DNA of 64,000 nucleotides from an uncultured Trueperaceae bacterium (GTDB taxonomy: Bacteria; Deinococcota; Deinococci; Deinococcales; Trueperaceae). How positions within the stretch are numbered: position 1 is the stretch's first letter; every line of letters begins with the position of its first letter. Shown one piece after another: positions 54,516 to 64,000 of this stretch. The notes beneath the pieces were generated by a model. That model was given only the letters and a program-made list of their open reading frames with translations. It had not been told where the DNA came from and searched no databases. The DNA is taken from contig CAWFFU010000011.1 in assembly GCA_963815215.1 (NCBI GenBank), positions 224,001-288,000 on the forward strand, read 5' to 3'. The position numbers were made by a program, and so were the translations under genes.

Positions 54516-55538
54516 CTGACCACCGACGCCCCCCGGCAGCCTGGCGAGGCCGCCGGAGCGGCCACGGGGTACCTGCTGGTCGTCATCGCAGCGGTGCTCT
54601 GGGGGCTGCTCGGGGTGTTCGCCAAGGGCATCCTTGCCGCAGGGGTGGGGCCGTTGGAGATCTCGTTCTGGCGCGCCACCCTGGCGGGTTCGGCCTTCCT
54701 CATCCACGGCCTGGCGCGCGGCCGGGTGCGACTGGCACGCCGCACCGACCTGTTCCCCTTCGTCGGCTTCGCGATGGTAGGGGTGACGCTGTTCTACGCC
54801 TCCTTGAACCTCTCGATCGCGGCGGGCGGCGTGAGCCTGGCGATCGTCCTGATGTACAGCGCCCCCGCATTCGTAGTGGTGCTGGCCGCCCTCCTTCTGG
54901 GCGAGCGCCTCACCGTCGCCAAGGTCGTGCTGGTGGTGCTGGCCACAATCGGCGTGGCGCTGGTGGCAGGCGGGGGCGGGACGGGCATCGACGTGAACGC
55001 CCGCTCGGTGGGCTGGGGCCTGACGGCCGGCCTCTCCTACGCCAGCTACTACCTGTTCGGCAAATGGGTGCTGGCGCGCTACGCCCCCGTCACCATCTAC
55101 GCTCTGGTGTTGCCGTTGGGAGCGTTGGGGCTGCTCCCGCTGGTCCACTTCCACGCCAAGCGGCCGGAGACCTGGCTGCTGCTGGCGGCGCTGGCGCTGA
55201 TCAGCACCTACCTCGCCTACCTCGCCTATTACAGCGGGCTGAAGCGGGTAGAGGCCTCGCGGGCGGTGCTGGTGGCAACGGTGGAACCGGTCGTCGCCGC
55301 CAGCCTGGCCGCGGCGCTGTTCGGTGAGCGTTTCGGCCTGCAAGGTCTGGCGGGCGCCGGCCTGATCCTGCTCTCAGCACTGCTCTCGGCGCTGCCCGCC
55401 CTGCGCCGCCGGCCGTTGGAGCGGCGCGCGCTGGCGGCGCGCAGGCGAGGCCGGGACGCACCGCGCCCGGACGCCGACGAACCGGACGCGCGCCGTGACC
55501 CCGACCCGCCCTCGCAGGACGGTGTCGAGGCGCCTTGA
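54516..55538 (+). CDS. EamA/DMT family transporter
   Basis: GYLLVVIAAVLWG, YSAPAFV, ERLT, EPVVA..GE; first TM lies upstream of GTG 54594, so a CTG start at 54516 or an indel is implied. Confidence 0.88.
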   Translation: MTTDAPRQPGEAAGAATGYLLVVIAAVLWGLLGVFAKGILAAGVGPLEISFWRATLAGSAFLIHGLARGRVRLARRTDLFPFVGFAMVGVTLFYASLNLSIAAGGVSLAIVLMYSAPAFVVVLAALLLGERLTVAKVVLVVLATIGVALVAGGGGTGIDVNARSVGWGLTAGLSYASYYLFGKWVLARYAPVTIYALVLPLGALGLLPLVHFHAKRPETWLLLAALALISTYLAYLAYYSGLKRVEASRAVLVATVEPVVAASLAAALFGERFGLQGLAGAGLILLSALLSALPALRRRPLERRALAARRRGRDAPRPDADEPDARRDPDPPSQDGVEAP

Positions 55539-55600
55539 CCGCCCCCCGACCCGGTGCTAGAGTTGCATCGTTATCGGTAGCGTTGAATAATGCTGCGCTG
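55535..55600 (+). promoter_or_regulatory. Sigma-70 promoter of the arg operon with tandem ARG-box-like sites
   Basis: TTGACC (55535)-17 nt-TAGAGT (55558) with TG extension; TGCAT (55564) and TGAAT (55584) half-sites 20 nt apart. Confidence 0.7.
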
Positions 55601-55615
55601 CCGCAACGGAATCCG

Positions 55616-55654
55616 ATGCGCAACGCCCTGACCCACCCCCGCGCCCGACGCTGA
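55616..55654 (+). CDS. Putative Arg-rich leader peptide [12 protein letters not shown]
   Basis: 12-codon ORF in the argG leader ending CGC GCC CGA CGC TGA; alternative helices follow. Confidence 0.45.
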   Translation: MRNALTHPRARR

Positions 55655-55731
55655 GCCGCTCTCCGGAGCGGATCCCAACTCGTGGCGACCCCCGGGGGTC
55701 GGATCGGGGCAGTGCTTTGCAGGAGGAACGC

Positions 55732-56970
<1,239 letters not shown>

Positions 56971-57004
56971 GCCGGCCGATCGCCCGGCCGTCGGCGGGAC
57001 CGCG

Positions 57005-57496
57005 GTGAGCTCGGTGGCGACCCTACCCTCCGTATCCGGCCGGACCGCCGCTACCGGCAAGGCGCGGCTGCGCTGGGCGGGGCTTCGAGATCTGCAGGCG
57101 CTGTGCACGCTGTTCCGCGCGGCGCGGCCCGAGCAGGCCAACGACGAGGCGGAGATGGCGTCATGGCTCGAGCACGGCGGTGCCATCGTCCTCGAAGCGG
57201 AAGGCAGGCCGCTGGCGGCGCTGCGCTGGCGCGAGGAGGGGCCGGGCTGGCGTGTGGACCCGGTCGCCAGCCTCCCCGAGGAACGGGGCATGGGGTACGG
57301 TCGCTGGCTGATGACGAAGGTCGAAGCGCACGCCATCCGCTCCAACATCCCTATCCTGACGGTCGAGCTGCCCTCCGGCGAAGCGCTGGCGTACTACCGC
57401 CGGATGGGCTACCGCAGACCCGATCCGGAGCGCGAGCCGACCACGCTGGTCAAACGCGTGGGGGGCACCTGGCAAGTCCAAGAGGGCGAGCGTTGA
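57005..57496 (+). CDS. GNAT N-acetyltransferase
   Basis: [13 protein letters not shown] motif A; AYYRRMGY. Confidence 0.85.
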   Translation: MSSVATLPSVSGRTAATGKARLRWAGLRDLQALCTLFRAARPEQANDEAEMASWLEHGGAIVLEAEGRPLAALRWREEGPGWRVDPVASLPEERGMGYGRWLMTKVEAHAIRSNIPILTVELPSGEALAYYRRMGYRRPDPEREPTTLVKRVGGTWQVQEGER

Positions 57497-58932
57497 GCGA
57501 CGATCCGTCCCGGGACCGGCAGGCCGGCGCCTCGGCGGCCAGCGACCGGCGCATGTGGGGCGGGCGCTTCAGCGAGCCGACCGACGCTCTGGTGCAGAGG
57601 GTCAACGCCTCGGTCGGTTTCGACCGTGCGCTGGCCGAGGAGGACATCGCCGGTTCGCTCGCTCACGCCGCCATGCTGGCCGACCGGGGCATCCTGAGCG
57701 CCGACGATGCCGACGCCATCCGCGCCGGCCTCGAGGCCATCGGCGAGGACATCCGCACCGGCGCCTTCGCGTGGCGCGAGGACCTCGAGGACGTCCACAT
57801 GAACATCGAGTGGGCGCTCACCGAGCGCATCGGGCCGGCCGGCGGACGGCTGCACACCGCGCGCAGCCGCAACGATCAGGTCGCCACCGACTTCCGGCTC
57901 TATCTGCGCCGCCGTCAACACAACCTGGAGCGTCTGCTCCACGCCCTTCGCGCCACCCTCGCCGACCTGGCCGAGCGCCACATCGATGTGATCATGCCGG
58001 GCTACACCCATCTGCAGGTGGCCCAGCCGGTGCGGTTGGCACACCACCTGCTGGCCTACGCCGAGATGCTCGGGCGCGACCAGGGTCGCCTGCGCGACGC
58101 CCGCGTCCGCATGAACGAGAGCCCCCTGGGGGCCGGCGCACTGGCCGGCACGGGCTTCCCCATCGACCGGCAGGGCACCGCCCGCGCGCTGGGCTTCGAC
58201 GCCCCCAGTGCGAACTCGCTCGACGCCGTCTCCGACCGTGACTTCGCACTGGAGACGCTGTCCGCGTTAGCCGTACTGATGATGCACCTGTCGCGGCTGA
58301 GCGAGGAGCTCATCTTGTGGTCGAGCCAGGAGTTCGGGTTCGCGACGCTCCCCGACAGCCACACCACCGGGAGCTCGATCATGCCGCAGAAGAAGAACCC
58401 CGACGTGTGCGAGCTGGTGCGCGGCAAGACGGGGCGCGTCTACGGCGCGTTGATGGGCCTGCTCACGGTGATGAAGGGTCTACCGCTGGCCTACAACAAG
58501 GACCTCCAGGAGGACAAGGAGGGCGTCATCGACGCCGCCGACACCGCCGAGGACGCGCTGCGCCTCTACCTCGACATGCTCCCGCGCGTCGCCTTCCATG
58601 CCGATCGCATGCGCTCCGCGGCGGCCAACGCGTTCAGCAACGCCACCGATCTGGCGGATTACCTGGTACGCAAGGGCCTGCCGTTCCGCGAAGCGCACCA
58701 TGTGGTCGGCGAGCTGGTGCGGCGGGCACTCGACGCCGGGCTCACCCTGGAGCAGCTGCCTCTGGAGACCCTGCGGGCCGCCAGTGACCGCATCGAGCCA
58801 GACGTCTATCCGGCGCTGGCGCTCGAGAACGTGGTGGATGCGCGCCAGAGTTACGGCGGGACCGCGCGGTCGCAGGTCGAGCACCAGATCGCGCGGCTGC
58901 GCCAGGCATTGCAGTCGGAGCCCGAGCCGTGA
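57493..58932 (+). CDS. argH: Argininosuccinate lyase
   Basis: [40 protein letters not shown] overlap start. Confidence 0.97.
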   Translation: MSDDPSRDRQAGASAASDRRMWGGRFSEPTDALVQRVNASVGFDRALAEEDIAGSLAHAAMLADRGILSADDADAIRAGLEAIGEDIRTGAFAWREDLEDVHMNIEWALTERIGPAGGRLHTARSRNDQVATDFRLYLRRRQHNLERLLHALRATLADLAERHIDVIMPGYTHLQVAQPVRLAHHLLAYAEMLGRDQGRLRDARVRMNESPLGAGALAGTGFPIDRQGTARALGFDAPSANSLDAVSDRDFALETLSALAVLMMHLSRLSEELILWSSQEFGFATLPDSHTTGSSIMPQKKNPDVCELVRGKTGRVYGALMGLLTVMKGLPLAYNKDLQEDKEGVIDAADTAEDALRLYLDMLPRVAFHADRMRSAAANAFSNATDLADYLVRKGLPFREAHHVVGELVRRALDAGLTLEQLPLETLRAASDRIEPDVYPALALENVVDARQSYGGTARSQVEHQIARLRQALQSEPEP

Positions 58933-59507
58933 GCGTGCAGCAACCCCGCGAGGATCGTTCGCAGGCCGCCACCGTGACCGTGCGCCACGCCACCTCCGAG
59001 GACGTGCCGCTGATCTTCGACAACATCCGCCACTGGGCGGGCAAGGGTCGCATGCTGGTGCGCCCCATGCAGAACATCTTCGAGAACCTGCGCGACTTCT
59101 TCGTCGCCGAGATCGACGAGGGCGACGGTCCGACGTTCGCCGGCAACGGCGCCATCCACGTCCTGTGGGGCGACATCGCCGAGGTCCGCGGTCTGGCCGT
59201 CGCTCCGGGTATCCAGGCGCGCGGCGTCGGGCGGCGTCTGGTCGAGGCGTGCGAGGCCGAGGCCCGCCGCGTCGGCATCCCCGTGCTCTTCGCATGGACC
59301 TACGAGGTGGGCTTCTTCGAGCGCTGCGGCTTCGGCCTCATCGACAAGAGCCGCGACCTCCACCCCCGGGTGTGGTCGGAGTGCCTGCGCTGCCCGCTCT
59401 ACCAGGGCTGCAACGAGAACGGCGTGGTGAAGCGCCTGGACGGCGTGCCGATGCCGCGCAACCTGCCCGAGCCGCCGCCCGCGCAGGTGCCGCCCGGCAT
59501 CCTCTGA
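58929..59507 (+). CDS. Short ArgA-like GNAT N-acetyltransferase
   Basis: [33 protein letters not shown]-terminal ECLRCP..GCNE. Confidence 0.75.
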   Translation: MSVQQPREDRSQAATVTVRHATSEDVPLIFDNIRHWAGKGRMLVRPMQNIFENLRDFFVAEIDEGDGPTFAGNGAIHVLWGDIAEVRGLAVAPGIQARGVGRRLVEACEAEARRVGIPVLFAWTYEVGFFERCGFGLIDKSRDLHPRVWSECLRCPLYQGCNENGVVKRLDGVPMPRNLPEPPPAQVPPGIL

Positions 59508-59639
59508 CGCCGGCCCCGTCCCCCGACGCAGGGGGCGGCCCACAAGCGGCGCCGCGCGGGCACGCACGGCGCCGCCGAGCTACACCACCCCCACCACCCT
59601 CCGGCACGCGCGGGGGCCCGCAGACCGTACAATCCCGGC

Positions 59640-60656
59640 GTGAGGCGTGACCGGCACGTAGCACTCATCCATACCGGCGGGACACTCGGCATGCGCCGCG
59701 GCCCGCGTGGCTTCGAGCCCGCCCGGGGCCATCTGGCGACGCTGCTCGAGCGCATGCCGGAGCTGGCGGACACGACCCTGCCGAGCTTCGAGCTCGTCGA
59801 GTTCGAGCCGCTCCTCGACTCCGCCGACGTCGAGCCGAGGGACTGGGAGGGCATCGCCCGCGCCGTCCGGGCGCGCTACGACGCCTTCGACGGCTTCGTG
59901 GTGGTGCACGGCACCGACACCATGGCCTACACCGCCTCGGCGCTCTCGTTCCTGCTCGACGGGCTCGCCAAGCCGGTGGTGCTCACCGGCTCGCAGATCC
60001 CGCTCGCCGAGCCACGCAGCGACGCGAGAGAGAACCTCGTCACCTCGCTGCTGCTGGCCGCCCGCGACGACCTGACCGAGGTGTGCCTGTACCTGAACGG
60101 CGTGATCCTGCGCGGCAACCGCAGCACCAAGATCTCGGCCAGCGGCTTCGACGCCTTCACCTCGCCCAACGAGCCACCCCTCGGCACGGCCGGCGTGACG
60201 TTGGCCCTGCGACGCGAGGGGTTGCGGCCGCCCCAGCCCGGTCCCCTCACCGTTACCCCTCTCGCCGACGTGTCGGTCGCCGCCTTACGACTCTTCCCCG
60301 GAGTGCGCTCGGACCTGCTGCGCACGCTCCTGGCGGCCCCCGTTGCGGGGCTGGTGCTCGAGACCTACGGCTCGGGCAACGCGCCGCAGCGCGACGAGGC
60401 GCTGTTCGAAGTGCTCGGCGCCGCCACCGCGCGCGGGACCGTGGTGGTCAACTGCACGCAGTGCCTGCGCGGCCGGGTCGACATGGGCGGCTACGTGGGC
60501 GGCGACCGCCTGCGCGAGGCCGGCGTCATCAGCGGGTTCGACATGACCGCCGAGGCCGCCCTGACGAAGCTCATCTGGCTGCTCAGCCTGGGGCTAGACC
60601 GCCCCGAGATCGAGCGCCGCATGCAGCGCGATCTGCGCGGCGAGCTCACCCCCTGA
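59640..60656 (+). CDS. ansA: L-asparaginase type I
   Basis: TGGTLGM, HGTDTMAY, TGSQ, RGNRSTK, YGSGN; TACAAT box 6 nt upstream. Confidence 0.92.
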   Translation: MRRDRHVALIHTGGTLGMRRGPRGFEPARGHLATLLERMPELADTTLPSFELVEFEPLLDSADVEPRDWEGIARAVRARYDAFDGFVVVHGTDTMAYTASALSFLLDGLAKPVVLTGSQIPLAEPRSDARENLVTSLLLAARDDLTEVCLYLNGVILRGNRSTKISASGFDAFTSPNEPPLGTAGVTLALRREGLRPPQPGPLTVTPLADVSVAALRLFPGVRSDLLRTLLAAPVAGLVLETYGSGNAPQRDEALFEVLGAATARGTVVVNCTQCLRGRVDMGGYVGGDRLREAGVISGFDMTAEAALTKLIWLLSLGLDRPEIERRMQRDLRGELTP

Positions 60657-60694
60657 GCCGCGCCGGACGCCGTGACCGGCTGTATGCTGACGCC

Positions 60695-61012
60695 ATGGAA
60701 ACGGTCACCCTCGCCCACAGACGCTCCTTCGGCGACGCCTTGAAGAAGGTCCCGCTGTTCGACAGCGAGCGCCTGTTGTTCGACCTCTACTGCCTGCAGC
60801 CCGGGCAGAGCCAACGCGTCCACAGCCACCGGGACGCCGACAAGGTGTACGTGGTGCTCGAGGGCGAGGCCCTCTTCGAGGTGGGCGGCGAGCAGGAGCT
60901 GCTGCCCGAGGGGAGCGCCGTCATCGCCCGCGCGGGCGAGGCTCACGGGGTGCGCAACGACTCCGCCGCCAGCCTGGTGCTGCTGGTGACGATGGCGCCG
61001 AGGCCTGCATGA
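60695..61012 (+). CDS. Cupin domain protein
   Basis: PGQ....HSH...K.Y.VLEGE, HGVRN; TATGCT box 6 nt upstream. Confidence 0.85.
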   Translation: METVTLAHRRSFGDALKKVPLFDSERLLFDLYCLQPGQSQRVHSHRDADKVYVVLEGEALFEVGGEQELLPEGSAVIARAGEAHGVRNDSAASLVLLVTMAPRPA

Positions 61013-61440
61013 ACGCCTCGCCCCGGCTGCCCGCACCGCTCGGCGATCTGGCCCTGGACCACGTCGCGATCGCCGTCGAGACGCTGGACGCAGCCACGGA
61101 CGCCTATCTGGCGTTGGGGATGCGGCCGGCCGGCGACGACGAGACCATCGTGGAGCAGGGCGTCCGAGTCCGACCCCTGCGCCTGGGCGACACCCTGGTG
61201 GAGCTCATGGAACCGATCGCCCCCGAAGGACCGGTGGCCCGCTTCCTGGCCACGCGCGGGCCGGGCCTGCACCACATCGCGCTCAGGGTGCCCGCGCTCG
61301 AGCCTGTGCTGGCCCGTCTCCGGCAGCTCGACGCCCCCCTTCTCGACGAACACCCCCGCACCGGGCGCTCGGGGACGCGCATCGCCTTCGTCCATCCCCG
61401 CTTCACCCACGGCGTGCTCATCGAGCTCGTCGAAGCGTGA
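61009..61440 (+). CDS. mce: Methylmalonyl-CoA epimerase (VOC family)
   Basis: DHVAIAV, EQGV, GPGLHHIA, AFVHP..GVLIEL. Confidence 0.88.
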   Translation: MNASPRLPAPLGDLALDHVAIAVETLDAATDAYLALGMRPAGDDETIVEQGVRVRPLRLGDTLVELMEPIAPEGPVARFLATRGPGLHHIALRVPALEPVLARLRQLDAPLLDEHPRTGRSGTRIAFVHPRFTHGVLIELVEA

Positions 61441-61570
61441 GCGCCGGCCGCTACCTCGCGGCCGGCCTGTGGCGAATACCCGACGGCGCGGCCGACGCCG
61501 ACGGATAGAATGGCGCCGTGACGCGAACCACCAACCCCAAGGTCCGCGCCACCGATGCGGAGTCGGCGGC

Positions 61571-62365
61571 GTGAGCACCATCCGACTCGCCATCGTGGGC
61601 GCCGGCAAGATGGGGGGCGCCGTACTGCAGGGAGCCCTGCGGGCCGAGGTGCTGTCGGCCGACGAGATCGGCATCTTCCATCCCAACCCGCGCCGCCTGG
61701 CCGAGCTCTCCGAGCGCTACGGCGTGACCGGCCTGGACGATGACGCGCTCCATCACGCCGAGCGCGTGCTGCTGTCGGTGAAGCCGCAGTCGTTCGACAG
61801 CGTGGCGCCGCTGGTGGCCCAGCGCAACGCCTCGTTCCTGTCGATCATGGCGGGCGTCACCGCCCGCACCATCGCCCGTCGCGTGGGCTCGCAGCGGGTG
61901 ATCCGCGCCATGCCCAACCTGGGAGCGAGCATGGGCGTGAGCGCCACCGCCCTGGCACCGCTGCCGGAGGCCACGGCCGAGGATCTGGCGATGGCCCGGA
62001 CCCTGTTCGGAGCGGTCGGTCGCGTCTACGACGTGCGGGAGGAGCTCTTCGACGCCTTCACCGGCCTCGCCGGCTCCGGTCCGGCGTTCGTCGCAGTGGT
62101 GGCGGAGGCTCTCGCCGACGGCGGCGTGCGTACCGGGCTCGACCGCGACACCTCGCGCGATCTGGCTCGGCAGGTGCTGCTGGCGGCGTCGCGGCTGCTC
62201 GAGTCCAAGCGCCCCAGCGAGCTCAAGGACGAGGTGGCGAGCGCAGGGGGTACGGCCATCGCAGGCATACGGGCGCTCGAGCGCCACCGGCTGCGCTTCG
62301 CCCTCATCGACGCCGTCGAGCAGGCGGCGGAGCGCGCAGCGGCGTTGAGTCGCGAGGACGCCTGA
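61571..62365 (+). CDS. proC: Pyrroline-5-carboxylate reductase
   Basis: GAGKMG, SVKPQ, RAMPN, GSGPA, VASAGGT. Confidence 0.95.
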   Translation: MSTIRLAIVGAGKMGGAVLQGALRAEVLSADEIGIFHPNPRRLAELSERYGVTGLDDDALHHAERVLLSVKPQSFDSVAPLVAQRNASFLSIMAGVTARTIARRVGSQRVIRAMPNLGASMGVSATALAPLPEATAEDLAMARTLFGAVGRVYDVREELFDAFTGLAGSGPAFVAVVAEALADGGVRTGLDRDTSRDLARQVLLAASRLLESKRPSELKDEVASAGGTAIAGIRALERHRLRFALIDAVEQAAERAAALSREDA

Positions 62366-62967
62366 TGACAGGGACGTCGGCGCCCGGCCGTGCGCGTTCC
62401 GCGGCGCTCGGGCTGTTGAGCGTCGCGCTGCTGGTGCTGCTGTCGGTCGGCCTCGCGGCCGATCCGCCCGGCTACTTCCCGGCCCGCGCGGGCATGAGCT
62501 GGACCTACTCCAGCGGCGAGACGCAACAGCTCGCCGGGCCGCGGCAGGTCGACGGCCACCAGGTCATGGTCCTCACGCACTACTTCAACGGCGTGCCGAT
62601 CTCCGAGGACTACCTGCAGTTCGGCCCGGACGGGGTGAAGACGCTCGGGACCGCGGCGGGAGGCAAGGTGACGCTCTACCCCACCCCGCTGACCGTCTAC
62701 CCCGCCGCGCCCCTGAAGCCGGGCGCACAGTGGCAGAGCACGACCAAGCTGCCGTCGTTCGACATCACGCTGTCGTCCGAGGTCCTGGGCGTGCGCGGGG
62801 TCAAGACGCAGGCGGGGCGTTTCAACGCCCTCCAGATCCGTCAGCGAACCCTCACCAGCAACGGCGCCAAGACCGTCATGGATCTGTTCTTCGTGCCCAG
62901 CGTAGGCATCGTGCGGTTCGTGACGCAGGACGGAACCACCATCGACCTGATCGACAAGAACTTCTGA
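62365..62967 (+). CDS. Hypothetical secreted beta-rich protein
   Basis: Signal peptide; YFP..G.SWTY; V.T.AG.F; F.P.VG.V. Confidence 0.7.
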   Translation: MTGTSAPGRARSAALGLLSVALLVLLSVGLAADPPGYFPARAGMSWTYSSGETQQLAGPRQVDGHQVMVLTHYFNGVPISEDYLQFGPDGVKTLGTAAGGKVTLYPTPLTVYPAAPLKPGAQWQSTTKLPSFDITLSSEVLGVRGVKTQAGRFNALQIRQRTLTSNGAKTVMDLFFVPSVGIVRFVTQDGTTIDLIDKNF

Positions 62968-62974
62968 GGCTCGC

Positions 62975-64000
62975 TCAGCCGCGCCCCAGCAGCTCCGCCT
63001 TGAAGGCCGCGAAGCGATCGTCGGCCAGGCTGGCGCGGATGTCCTCCATCAGACGCGCCATGAAGCGCAAGTTGTGCACGCTCACGAGTTGCTGGGCGAG
63101 CTGCTCGTTGGCCTTGAACAGATGCCGCACGTAGCTCCGGCTGAAGCCCGTGCAGGTCGAGCAATCGCACCCCGCCTCCAGTGGCCGCAGGTCCTCGACG
63201 AAGCGCGCGTTGCGCAGGTTGAGGCGGAAGTTGGCGATCGGCTCGCCGTCGTCTCCGCGCCGCACGAATGCCGCGCCGTTGCGGGCGTTCCGGGTCGGCG
63301 CCACGCAGTCGAAGGTGTCCACACCCCGCTCGACGGCCTCGAGGATGCTCGGCACGTCGCCGATGCCCAGAAGATGCCGCGGTTTGCCCTCGGGCAACTC
63401 GGGCACCGTCCAATCGAGCACCGCGTACATGTCCTGGAGGGTGCTCCCCAGGTTCCCGCCGATCGCCATGCCGTCGAACGGCATGGCGGCGATGGTGGCG
63501 GCGCTCTCCCGGCGCAACCCCTGGAAGGCGCCCCCCTGCACCACCCCGAACAGGGCCTGCGGGTGAGCGTGCCTGGGCCCGGAGCTCTCGAACGCGCGCA
63601 GGCTGCGCTCGGCCCAGCGGTGCGTGCGCTGCATCGAGCGGCGCGTGTACTCCTCGTCGTGGAGCGGGCTGGTGCACTCGTCGAAGGCGAGCACCATGTC
63701 CGCGCCCAGGGCACGTTGCACGTCGATGGAGACCTCAGGCGAGAAGGTATGGAGGCTGCCATCGATGTGGCTCTTGAAGCGCACCCCCTCCTCGCGAATG
63801 CGCACCATCGAGCGGCCCCCTGGCAGACGCGGCGGCGCCTCGCCGGGGAAGATCGACGCCACCTTGCCGACGCCGTGCTCGATGGACGCGCCCAGCGAGA
63901 ACACCTGGAAGCCGCCCGAATCGGTCAGGATCGGGCCGTTCCAGTTCATGAAGCGGTGGAGCCCGCCGTGCCGCTCGACGACGTCGGCTCCCGGCCGCAG
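62975..64000 (-). CDS. tgt: tRNA-guanine transglycosylase, 5' partial
   Basis: TDSGGFQVFSL, FDEC, VQGG, RHLLG, DTFDCV, Zn site CDC..C..H. Confidence 0.95.
   Translation of the reverse strand: MRPGADVVERHGGLHRFMNWNGPILTDSGGFQVFSLGASIEHGVGKVASIFPGEAPPRLPGGRSMVRIREEGVRFKSHIDGSLHTFSPEVSIDVQRALGADMVLAFDECTSPLHDEEYTRRSMQRTHRWAERSLRAFESSGPRHAHPQALFGVVQGGAFQGLRRESAATIAAMPFDGMAIGGNLGSTLQDMYAVLDWTVPELPEGKPRHLLGIGDVPSILEAVERGVDTFDCVAPTRNARNGAAFVRRGDDGEPIANFRLNLRNARFVEDLRPLEAGCDCSTCTGFSRSYVRHLFKANEQLAQQLVSVHNLRFMARLMEDIRASLADDRFAAFKAELLGRG

Overview
A gene-dense, very GC-rich chromosomal window of about 60 housekeeping genes, most likely from a member of Deinococcota (Trueperaceae-like). The taxon is inferred from the DdrA-type Rad52 protein, bshA, the DUF4384/PEGA protein, the futalosine-pathway UbiD and pervasive leaderless TAnnnT -10 boxes. 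Genes include a tRNA nucleotidyltransferase, a Ser/Thr kinase with PP2C phosphatase, three Roadblock/LC7 genes, beta-oxidation enzymes, hflX, a Zn ABC transporter, rpmB, pyrE, methylmalonyl-CoA mutase, nnr, thrB, tsaD, bshA, fumC, purB/C/S, gyrA, ftsE, the argG-argH operon, proC and tgt. I saw no tRNA, rRNA, CRISPR array, prophage or transposase. The most interesting signals are intergenic. (1) A 12-15-nt GTGA repeat array (51649-52004) reads as a relay of start/stop-overlapping mini-ORFs launched from a leaderless ATG. (2) The same uORF/spacer-ORF coupling recurs before bshA, proC, znuC, hbd, the arg GNAT and within the Roadblock operon. (3) An Arg-rich leader peptide with mutually exclusive helices precedes argG. 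(4) A structured leader with a uORF and a probable ATC start precedes hflX. All calls were made by eye and none was confirmed by a database search.
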